Assembly: GCF_009914755.1 (NCBI RefSeq)
Contig: NC_060930.1
Length of the DNA stretch: 64,000 nt
Direction: 5' to 3' (one strand)
Origin: the human T2T-CHM13v2.0 reference genome, Homo sapiens
The notes beneath the pieces were generated by a model. That model saw nothing but the letters and a program-made list of their open reading frames with translations, did not search any database and was not told where the DNA came from. This document shows positions 12,816 through 24,385 of the stretch, piece after piece. The translations under genes and the position numbers were made by a program. Position 1 is the first letter of the stretch. The number at the start of each line of letters is the position of its first letter.

Positions 12816-13819
12816 TAAGAAAATAAGTATGTTTTTCGATGAATGATGTTTCAAATCTATTAATCTTTTCCCCTTTTCCCCTTATAGTTGTTGCTTTGTG
12901 TGTTTTCATCTTCCCTGAAATAATGAATATATTATTCTATATTTATGAGTTTTGTTATTTTAGCATATAATTTATATTCATAATGTAACCATAGTTTATT
13001 TTGTGTCAAGTATATAATGGAGGTCATCTCTTTTTTTTCCTTATGGTATAAATATCTGATTTGCTGACAACAGACACATGAAAAAATGCTCATCATCTCT
13101 GGTCATTAGAGAAATGCAAATCAAAACCGCAATGAGATACCATCTCACACCAGTTAGAATGGTGATCATTAAAAGTCAGGAAACAACAGGTGCTGGAGAG
13201 GATGTGGAGAAATAGGAACACTTTTACACTGTTGGTGGGAGTGTAAACTAGTTCAACCATTGTGAAAGACAGTGTGGCGATTTCTCAAGGATCTAGAACT
13301 AGAAATACCATTTGACCCAGCCATCCCATTACTGGGTATATACCCAAAGGATTGTAAATCATGCTACTATAAAGACACATGCACACGTATGTTTATTGCG
13401 GCACTATTCACAATAGCAAAGACTTGGAACCAACCCAATGTCCATCATTGATAGACTGGATTAAGAAAATGTGGCACATATACACCATGGAATACTATTT
13501 AGCCATAAAAAAGGATGAGTTCATGTCCTTTGTAGGGACATGGATGAAGCTGGAAACCATCATTCTGAGCAAACTATCACAAGGACAGAAAACCAAACAC
13601 CGCATGTTCTCACTCTTAGGTGGGAATTGAACATTGAGAACACTTGGACACAGGGCGGGTAACATCACACACTGGGGCCTGTCATGGGGTGGGGAGAGGG
13701 GGGAAGGATAGCATTAAGAGAAATACCTAATGTAAATGACGAGTTAATGGGTGCAGCACACCAACATGGCACATGTATACATATGTAACAAATCTGCATG
13801 TTGTGCACATGTACCCTAG

Positions 13820-14458
13820 TGAGAGGTGACAGCATGCTGGCAGCCCTCGCTCACTCTTGGTGCCTCCTCGGCCTCAATGCCCACTCTGGCTGTGCTTGAG
13901 GAGCCCTTCAGCCCACCGCTGTACTGTGGGAGCCCCTCTCTGGGCTGGCTGAGGCCGGAGCCGGCTCCCTCTGCTTGCGAGGAGGTGTGGATGCAGTGGC
14001 ATGGGTGGGAACCGGGGCTGTGCGCCACGCTTGCAGAGTTTTGGGTGGGCGTGGGCACTGTGGGCCCAGTGCTCTGTGTCTAGCTAATCTAGTGGGGACT
14101 TGGAGAACTTTTGTGTCTAGCTCAGGGATTGTAAAGGCACCAGTCAGCACCCTGTCAAAACGGACCAATCAGCTCCCTGTAAAACAGACCAATCAGCTCT
14201 CTGTAAAATGGACCAATCAGCAGGATGTGGGTGGGGCCAGATAAGGGAATAAAAGCACACTGCCGGAGCCAGCAGTGGCAACCCGCTTGGGTCCCATTCC
14301 TGACTGTGGAAGCTTTGTTCTTTGGCTCTTTGCAATAAATCTTGCTCTGCTCACTCTTTGGGTCTGCACTGCCTTTATGAGCTGTAACACTCACTGCGAG
14401 GGTCCGCGGCTTCATTCTTGAAGTCAGTGAGACCAAGAACCTACCAATTCCGGACACA
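13820..14458 (+). mobile_element. ERV9 solo LTR (LTR12D-like), internally deleted
   Basis: Starts tgagaggtgacagc and ends ccaattccggacaca. 4-bp TSD ctag at 13816-13819 and 14459-14462. Confidence 0.95.
14160..14260 (+). promoter_or_regulatory. LTR12 core promoter: three CCAAT (NF-Y) boxes, GATA site, AATAAA TATA-like box
   Basis: gaccaatcag three times between 14163 and 14220, followed by ccagataagggaataaaagc. Confidence 0.65.
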
Positions 14459-14624
14459 CTAGAACTTAAAGTATAATAATAAAAAACAAAAACAAAAACA
14501 AAATATCTGATTGGCTGAGCACTGCCTGCATCTATTCCCACTGTCTGCAAAGCTATTTTATTATAAATTGACTGTAAATAAATAAGTGTGTGTTAGTGGG
14601 TCCCTGCTCCATTGTCTATTGTGA

Positions 14625-14933
<309 letters not shown>

Positions 14934-14939
14934 CTGTGA

Positions 14940-15880
14940 TACTATCTTTTCAAATATTGCTTTGCTCCATTCATTCATGTGTTTTTTCCCCTTAAATTTC
15001 AGTTGCACGGGTAGATCTTTTCATTGTCTTTTATGTCTTTTATCCTTTCTCTATGTTGTCTCTTTGCGTTTAGCTTTAAATATATTATTTGTCTTATATT
15101 TAAGTTCACTGATTCTTCAGTTCTTTCTAATCTGCAGGCACATTGATCTGTTAAGTTAATTGTGGCTATTTTATTGTATTATTTCTTGTCTAGAATTTCC
15201 ACTTGTTTTTTATGTTTTCTAGTTCTTTACTGAAATTCTCAGTCTTATCTTTTATCTCTTTATGTGAAGACACGTGTTTTAAAGCCTATGGAGGACAGTG
15301 CCTTAATCTGTAGACTGTAAAGTTGTGTTTCTCTTGTATTTTATTCCTGCTGATTTTCTACCATACACATGGCTCCACATATGTACAAGATAATTTTTAT
15401 TTTGAGGCTGACATTATGTTTGTAATATTGTATGAAGAAATAATTCAATGCTTAGAATGATGACATCTTCCTTTTGAGAGAATTTGTATTTATTTCTGCC
15501 TGGAGATCTAACACTCTGAAGGTTTGGAACCACTTGCTCTCAGAGATCACCTTAATACAGTTTCAGGAACTGGTAAGATTCAAAGTTAGGCTACAGTTCT
15601 TATGAGACCTATTTCCATTACTAATTTACCTTTATTCCTAGATTCTAGCCCTTTAGAGTCAAAATCCATAGTGAGGTGAGTTCACTAAGAGATCCCACTT
15701 CATGGATCTGATCCTGGACTTCAATCACTGCTGACTTATTCCCAAGAGACCATCCAAAGCTTTGCTCAGTCCCTTGGTCTCTCAGCTACTCCTTCTACAA
15801 TCATTCAGTGCCCTCAGGGGGAAATTAGCACCAAACATAGACTCACCTTCCTGGGTCCCTGTACTTCTTCAGTTTGTGTT
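14940..15880 (-). mobile_element. Old L1M 5'/ORF1-region remnant
   Basis: T-rich antisense L1 pattern: aagttcactgattcttc...tctaatctgc...tctagaatttccacttg. Confidence 0.5.
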
Positions 15881-15897
15881 TTAAAAAGTTTTCGTTG

Positions 15898-16304
<407 letters not shown>

Positions 16305-18239
16305 TTACTTATCATTACCAGAATTAGATGTTTTCAAAGCTTTTAGTTTATTGTTTATATCTTATTAAAATCAGTGATCATGAGAAAAACTTTTTTTTGA
16401 ATAGCAGGATACATGTTGATATATGTTTTTGAGTTGAGTATCAGATTAGTCCCTTCTTAAGTGAGAATTTTTGAATTGGTTTTCCCTAGAAAAATATTAT
16501 TTTTGAGATGATCTCTCTGCCAAACTAAAATAAACTATGTTGTTTACCCCACCAGTAGAACTTGTGAGCTACCTAAAGCTGTAGTCTTGACTTCCTTTTT
16601 TAGAGTATTGCATTAAGAAGAACTCTAGACAGATTGGTTGACATCCTTTTAATTACTACCCAGTCACTTTGGGGATAGTAGTTGATCATTGAATTTGCAT
16701 CTGCTGTATTTCCTTTGGAGATCATTCTATGTATATTATAATCTTGACATTGGGACATTAAAATTTAATTTTAATTTTTTCATAATTAAGCTCTTAATAT
16801 ATAACAGAACATAATTTTATTTTGCTGAGACATGAACTTGACTCATGTGCTCTTTGAGGCTGGTGTAGTGCTTGGGGAAAGTCAGCTGTTAGCCCGTGAC
16901 TGGGCAAGCTGGCTACTTAGAACTCTCCTCTTACTTAGATATACTATGCAGACTTGTGCTTCTCTATAATGATATTTTGAAGTGTAAGGATAGTGAAAAT
17001 TCCAGGAACTAATCTAAATGTCAAGAGCCTAGTGTGTTTCATTTTAATTAGTAAAGAGAATGTGGTTTCCTCACTTAAGTTTTAAAATCTTACCACAGCT
17101 TTTGCAGACAAACAGTTGGAATATTGGGTAGCAAAAACATCTTGAAGAAATGAGCCTGTAAACTGAAAATTGTGTGAGAAACTCTATCCTAATCAGCTTT
17201 GGAAGCCAACCACATTAGACCATTTGTAAACACATGCATCTTTATGAAGAAACATCTTGGCATTCTGTCTTTAATATATGAAAGTAAGAAGGAAGTGACT
17301 TCCTATCATTCAAAATATGCATATTGAGATTTAGAAGGCAAAATAAATTCTGATCTTGGGCACTAATAGTTAAATTCTTAAAATAGATTTTGATAAGTTA
17401 GTTAAAAAAGCTCTTTACTAGTATAGTATAGTAAAATTGTTACCAAAGTATTGAGCCATTTAATCTAATTTTCTTCTTTCTTGTGTAATTTCTGAGTTTT
17501 TATAGAAGCTTAATAAAAATCTTAGGGAATAGGGGTTTAGGGTTCACTGAATTTTCTGATTAATTGGTGCTCAAGCTTATAATATTTTTATGTTGATGGA
17601 AATAAAAAAATTGCATCCACTTGACTAACTTAGTAAAATAAACTGAACATAATTGAATTTCCTCTTTTGACTGTGACACTTACAATAAATGATTCATAGT
17701 GGTCATTCAGAGCACCAGAGTTTCCTGTGTTGTTTAGAAAACTGAACTCAGGGGAAATAATTTCCTCAAATTGTGTGATATTAGTGTGTCTCTTGTAATT
17801 TCACTTTGTCCTTTAGACTTGTAGAACAGAGAATGTAATGGCATGCAAATAATGGTTAATAGAGATAGGACATCCATGTATTGGGAATAAAGTTATTTGC
17901 ATTAATTTGAGGAGGTGAAATATTCACTTTTTAGACAAGAACAAAATAATGAAGTTAAAATATTTAATTGTGTCTAAAACATAATTTACATCATTTGGTA
18001 TTAGTGTAAATTTGGTGGCATTTTTGGATTGTTAAATGACTGATGCTTAATAGGTAATTGGAGAAGCTATGGCAGCAATTTCCTGTAATAGCTTACAAGC
18101 TGTGTCTAATTTCTCCTTGGGGGAGAATTTCAATTGTGTATTGGTCCCCAAATATGGACAAATTTGGCTGCCAGTTCTTTCTTGAATTTGATATTCACTT
18201 TTCTGGTGAGCTTGCAGTTTTCATGTGTTTATCACAATA

Positions 18240-18279
18240 TTTTTTTCTTCAACTTTTATTTTAAGTTCTGGGGTACATG
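18240..18279 (-). mobile_element. Extreme 3' tip of an L1PA element
   Basis: ttttttcttcaacttttattttaagttctggggtacatg, with approximate TSD atcaca.t.t on both sides. Confidence 0.65.
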
Positions 18280-18844
18280 AATCACATTTATTTTTTATGT
18301 GAAGAAATAACAAAATCCTTTGATATTTTCATAGCCAGGAATTAACATCTAGGTTTTAGAAAAATTAACGGCAAACATAAAAGCAAATGTCTTTGCTAGA
18401 AGTCTCTGAGTTCAGCTTTCAGTGCTAACAATCATCAGTATCATAATTATTCAATAAAGGGCTATTGGGAGCCTGCTGTTCTGCTGTGTGTCAGGCACAA
18501 GGATGAGCAGACTTTATGGATACATTGTGGAGCGTGGTCAACAGGGCTGTGGATCTCATGAGTTTACATTTTATAATCAATGATACCATTTCCTACATCC
18601 ATACATACATACACACAGGATTTCTATATTTCAAAAGCTTTTAGCATCTTACTTGAAATATAACGTTTTGAACCTGAAGTTTAGAAATTTGCTAAGGTTC
18701 TTCATTATGTTACTGCTGTGGTGTCCAGTGTTGTGTTGTGAGTTTTCTGGTCACTCAAAAGATTACTAATTTTCCTACCCTGTGTGACACATAGGAGATA
18801 TCTAAGGTGACAGTGGGGGCTTTTCTTGTTTTCTACTTTTAGTT

Positions 18845-19000
18845 CAGTATAGTGGCTAAGAACACAAGTATTGGACACTGTCCTAGTTCTGTCAAATTTT
18901 GAACAAAGTAGCCCTTTGGAGCCTTAGCTTCTTCACCTCTAAAATGGGTAAAATGGGGGGGTACTAAGATTTAACTCATAAGATTGTGAGAATTTATCAG
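18845..19000 (+). mobile_element. MIR
   Basis: cagtatagtggctaagaacac...gagccttagcttcttcacctctaaaatggg...ctcataagattgtgag. Confidence 0.7.
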
Positions 19001-19632
19001 TGATGACCCTTGTTGTTCTGGTATTCTGATATTTCTTGTGCTGCTTACCAGATTACTTAGCCTCTGAACTTACCAGCTCAGGAGCTGTTTCATCAGCAGA
19101 AAAATCTGTGGTCAAAACCGCTCTTCCCTGCACAATCTAACTTCGTTAACACAGAATATTTTTTTAAAAAAATATTGTATTTAACAGAAGGAAAATTTTA
19201 AGGTTCAGTGAAAAACCAGCCAACCAAATGATTTCTGTTCAGGGATTCCAAAGTGGTAAAGAATGAAGGTCTTGGATATATAGATGGTAACAAGTTATAG
19301 TTATCACCCATTATATCAATTCTGCTGGTTTCCAAAACAAGAAATAGGTTGAACTATCTACCTGAAACAGTAATTGTGGAATCCTTCTGGTATTTTCAGA
19401 TTGTCCACTTGAAACATACGCCTGATTCTACCCCAACCTTTTTTAATCTGCTACTCATCTTGTTTTATACCCTGCATCCTATCCTGTGTATGACCTCACA
19501 CATGCTTCTTTGGCCTTTGGTTTGTTTGTTTTTGCAGCTGGTGTCCCTGTCCTTGTCTTTGGCTTCCCTCCCTCCTTTTTCACTATGTGATCCTCAATTG
19601 AATACACAGCATGGGTTTTTTCAGCACTAGCC

Positions 19633-19793
19633 CAGGGCTTCTCAAACCTTAGGCACACAAATCACCTTGCCGTCTTGTTAAAATTAGATTCTGATTCAGT
19701 AGGTCTGGATTAGAGCCCAAGATTCTGTATTTCTAACAAGTTTCCAGGAGCTCCTGATGCCATTGGTTCTGGGACCACACTTCCACTAGCAAG
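19633..19793. mobile_element. MER5-type hAT MITE (MER5B-like)
   Basis: cagggcttctcaaacc...gattctgattcagtaggtctgg...ttctaacaagtttccagg...gggaccacactt. Confidence 0.85.
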
Positions 19794-22700
19794 GCTCACT
19801 TCAGCTAGTGTATTGGTCCTCACCATCCACTGCAACCCAGTCTTAGCCCCTAATTGTAGCCATGCTGACTAGTCACAAACTGTGCTTCTGCTTATGGGAT
19901 AATCTATTGAATGTGCATCTGATGTCTATAAAAATCAAACTGAATCCACCTTATATGACTTTCAAGGGGGCAGAAGAAGGACAATCTTTGAAGTCTTAGT
20001 CTACTGTGGAACTATCAGATCATTAAAAGTTACAGCTTTTATGACTTTTATGCAAATATAACTACAGTTCTTTAGCAACTGGCCATATATCTTAGAAATC
20101 AAATATATTACTATTCATTTGAAATATGCTAAGATAGAAGGACTAAAATTTTGTTCCTAGCCATTCTATTAGACCTGAATAATATAGTCAAGATGGAATC
20201 GCAGCTGTTGCAAGCCCACAGTCATTGAAAAGATTGAGCATCTGAACCAAAAGAAACCTGTAATGCTCATGAGATTTCTGAGGATACCTGTTTCCCTGTT
20301 GACGGTCATAGGAGGAAATGCATGCATTTGGAAATGTCATTGAAGTTGGAATCATGTTTTTGTTTTTCAAAATTACTTCAGTGAAAGAAAGAAATAATAA
20401 TATTGTTTCTGGGACTGTAAAAGTTGTATTCATTGATTTTGGAGTCAACTTTATATCAGCTCAAGTTATCACAGACAATGCTAGGCTTTGGAGTGCCCGG
20501 TGTCCACTTACTTTCTCATTTAGATAGGATGACTATTTTTGTTCCAAATTGCCATACTGTAATAAGGTAGTTTCTATGTAGATTCAGATGTTTGTTAATT
20601 AATATTTCATGAATTCACAAATATTCCATATCATTGCCCCAATTTATACCACCTTGTGGTTCAAGTTTATATGTTATAATACAACATAAGAGGACAAGTA
20701 ATTAAGGGGAAAATCTTATCTTTTTTGACCTTCACAGAAAAATTTTATATACATTTAAAGACTGAAGTGTAACCAAGGCTTTAATTCTGCTTCACTTGTA
20801 ACAGTTATTTTTCCACAAACAGATTGCATTGTATATATATTACTGTCTGACCCAAGTTGCTGCTTCCAGGACTGTCATTTATTTGCTAGGTATTAAGTTT
20901 GCAAGAAAGCAATATAAAGCTGCTCTCAACCATTAGCTGGGGGAGAAAAAGCTATGAGTTTTACATCAGTGAATTTGCAAAGGGCAATATATTTAGTTAC
21001 CTGTATGTGAGGTGATTATACAATTGCTCTATGTCTTTTTATGTAGTGATCAATTGAGAAGGCTTTAAAAGCTTATTTGAATTTATGACTGTTGCCTGGC
21101 CCTCCTCTGGCTTTATATTAAGAAAGGTAAACAGGGTGAATTCACCCATGTGGGCTCACTGTTTGACAACTTACTGGGGCTTACACTCATTGTTGCAGGC
21201 TCTGCAGTCACTCCACATGAAAATGCTCATTAACAAGATAACAAAGGCTTAGCTGTCTGTCCTCCAGGAACTTCTTCCTAATCAATGGCTTTGTGGCTGA
21301 TCTCTTTAGAGCTCCACAGCCTGCAGACTAGAACATGCTCAGCAACCAGATTCCGATTCACAGGCACAGTAATTTGCAATGACATTCTGAACATGTCAGG
21401 TGAAGGGGTCAGCTTCCAGGGCTGTACACAGCTAAAAGTTATTCAACAAATTAATCTGAAGCATTGAGTTCTCTTTTTTCCTCTTATCTTATTCTAGAAA
21501 AGATATCAGACCCCAAAAAACAAATGTCTTTTACCCATGAGGAATGATATTAGTGTTTTATATAAAAATTATATATATATAGATAAGGTTGTCATTTCTG
21601 TGGCCAAAAGCAAGAAGCACTAAGCATGCTTCTGTCCATTTTCTTAAGATATAAACTGAATCAACAAAGTCTTACACAATAGGATCTTATAGCCTCTAAA
21701 GTCTAATATATAGGTCTATATTTAGAGCCCATGGCTCAGATGTAAAATAACTATAGGAATTATAAAGTGAAGTTATAAAGCTCCCTTTGTCACTATTCTA
21801 AATAAGAGACATTCATGTAGTGTCTCTGAACTAGAAGGATAGGTTAAACCCTGCTTGAAAGTAGGTTAAAAAATCTTCTGACCAAATAAGTAAAATTTTC
21901 TGGCCTATAAGATCCATATGCATTCTAAAATCTAATCTCAAATTATTCTATCTGGAATCATTCAAATTTAAAAAAAAATCATAAATGGTAAATGATACTT
22001 AGCTTACTTCACATTTGAGGAGGCCTAGCTGCATAGCTAGTAAGACTACATAGCCATAAGCAAGGAAGTTATTCTATCAACAATAAGTGATTATTTTGAA
22101 ATTTTATTGATTTATGTTCTATCAGTTTTTTCTTTAATGGCAGATATAATTTTTTTTTCTGCAGATTTTCTCTTTCTTGTAGGGAGTAGATGACCTTGTG
22201 GCTTGATTCTAATTTGTGAGCTAGTTCCTCTTTGTGAGGATTTTTGTTGTATTTGCAATTCTGGCTTTTCTTCATAATAGCAATCAAGGCTGGTTTGGGG
22301 AAGAAGGAGAAGACCTGGGATTTCCATCAAGAACACTTATCAGGTGCTCTTTTTTTTTTTTTTTTTTTTTTTGCTTTTACCACCTTTTCCATCCCAGAAA
22401 GATGTGTCATGAGAAGTAAAGAATTAAGAGTTTTCAACTGGCCCAAGGAGAAGGAACAGTCTCATTTACTGTGTTATATGGCATCATAAATCAGCAAGAA
22501 TAATGTCTGTGCGACTATAATCTGGTATTAATTTGGACACTAAAAACTTAATGCTTTCCTGGCTAACCCTCAGAAATGTTGAAGGGCAATATGGGACAAT
22601 GTTACTGGGGCACTCTGAGTCCTTCTGGAGGTGCGTATTTGGGAATTTGGAGAGTCCCTCTGCAGATGGGTTTTGTTAGGTTTATGTATGATTACAAATG

Positions 22701-23289
22701 CCATCAATGAGTAATCCAGGGGCTAGGAAAATGGTGCATTGAGTGTCTTTAACAGTTCATCCTTCATTTTTTCTTAATGCTGATATCAAGTCTCTGCTCC
22801 ACTCAGGTGTATAATAAATCCTGAAAACAAGAATGTTGAAATTTTTATGAAAAGTATAGGTTTATACTTTTCTTTATGGACAAATAGATTAACATTATTT
22901 GCCGAAAGAACCAAATCAACATTCCTTTCTGCCACTTCATTTATTTAGACTTGCCATGTGGGTGACTATTCCTGTCTGGATTATGTATTCTGGACTATGT
23001 ACATAAGGCTCAATACAGACTTACTCTGAATATTGTCTATTCTTCTCATTGACTAAACTGATGCTATCAAGAGTGACATACTAATCCTATGAGGAAAATG
23101 TTTTGTGGAAGAAGAACTGACACTAATAGAATCTGTATAGTTTGATAAGAGTGCAAAAACATGTAAAATTAGTTTTGGCTGAGCCCGTAAGAAGAAGTTC
23201 CAAGTACCCTCACATTTCAAAGTGAGGCGCTAGACCCCCAGAATAGGGCTTATAAAGTGGTAAGAACCATGGCTAGCCTCATCTGGGTG

Positions 23290-23355
23290 CATGTGTGTGT
23301 GTGTGTGTGTATGTGTGTATGTATATGACAGACACACATACACATACACGTACAC

Positions 23356-23392
<37 letters not shown>

Positions 23393-23395
23393 TAC
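23290..23395. repeat. (TG)n followed by (CATACA)n microsatellite
   Basis: Read directly from the sequence. Confidence 0.9.
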
Positions 23396-23939
23396 AGAGA
23401 CAGTTAGAGAGCACGCATCTTGAGACACAAGATGGCTACCCAGAGTCTGATCCCTGATCCATCTAGGGGAGGAAAGGGACTTTTGAGGGATATATGACAC
23501 CCCAGTTAGAAGGAGTTTGAGTGGAGGTCTACTGCCCAAAACTATGGACTAAAGGGGAACTCCTTCCTGTCTAGAGGGAGGATGAATACTTACGTCAGGG
23601 AACTGTAGGGGAGATATTTCCAGGAATAGAGGTGGCTGTGATTCTGAAGACTCCCTAGAAATGTCCAGGAGAGAGAGAACTTAAGGTAACTTAAGTAGGG
23701 CCAGTAGAAGACAATGCCACATGACATTGGTACCAGTCTTGGAAGATTTGTTCTCTTTATTTATTCATTTTTGTTTCCTTTCCTCCACATCCATAGAAAT
23801 ATCTGGAAGCTACAGCTATGGGGGGAGAATGGAAGGAATGGTTATGGGGGATGAGGAGTTAATGAACAAAGAAACAGCCTGCCCGTGCCTCCCTTTCCTG
23901 TTGTAGGATTCCTGCCTGCAGCAAGCCTAAATTGGGCAG

Positions 23940-24385
23940 AGATATTTTAGGTGTATCTGGGAAACAGAGTAAAGGCCAAAGTGATTGAAGACATATTGGG
24001 GAAGTTAAGAATGGTGTGAGGTGGGGTGAGAGAGGTTAGTAGGGGCACATCACGTAGGGCTTCATAAGCTAGAGTAAGGCAGGGAAACATCTAAGGGTTC
24101 TAAACAAGGAAGAAATATTTATGAAATTATCTCACTGATGTAGAGAATGGATTGAAGGAAAGCAAGAGTGGAAACAAGGAGACCAATTCAAAAAGATTGC
24201 AAAGTCCAGACTGAAGATAACCATGACTTGGATGAGAGTAATAGGGATAGAAATAGAGGGAAGTAGTTGGATTCTGGATATAATTTGGAAGTAGTCAGTA
24301 ACCTTAATGATGCTTTGATGTGGAGGTGAGGAAAAATGTTCTCAAGGATGTGTCCTAGAATTTTGCTGGAACAACTAGGTTGATG
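23940..24385 (-). mobile_element. L2 fragment
   Basis: gtagagaatggattgaaggaaagcaagagtggaaacaaggagacca...ggattctggatataatttggaagtag. Confidence 0.75.

Larger units (their letters stand above)
11455..13049 (-). mobile_element. Old L1M (L1ME-like) 3' region, host to later insertions
   Basis: ttgtgaaatataacat...agtgcacaaactaaggatgtacagcttaatg; atatagtatgtattcttttgtatctggg; gggagtagaattgctgg. Confidence 0.7.
13068..14500 (+). mobile_element. 5'-truncated L1PA5-like element (ORF2 C-terminus and 3' UTR), interrupted by LTR12
   Basis: ORF2 end (WIKKMWHIYTMEYY...HRMFSLLGGN). 3' UTR gagaaatacctaatgtaaatgacgagttaatggg...ctagaacttaaagtataataat plus A-tail. 18-bp TSD aaatatctgatt(t/g)gctga at 13050 and 14501. 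Confidence 0.95.

Noticed and set aside
13816-14550. Cluster of overlapping GC-rich ORFs or possible CpG-island gene start
   Set aside because: It lies essentially within LTR12, and the ORFs are by-products of high GC content.
23594-23602. 9-nt minus-strand microexon (TTCCCTGAC|gtaagt)
   Set aside because: It sits in probable old LTR-like sequence, has a short pyrimidine tract, and such sites are expected by chance.
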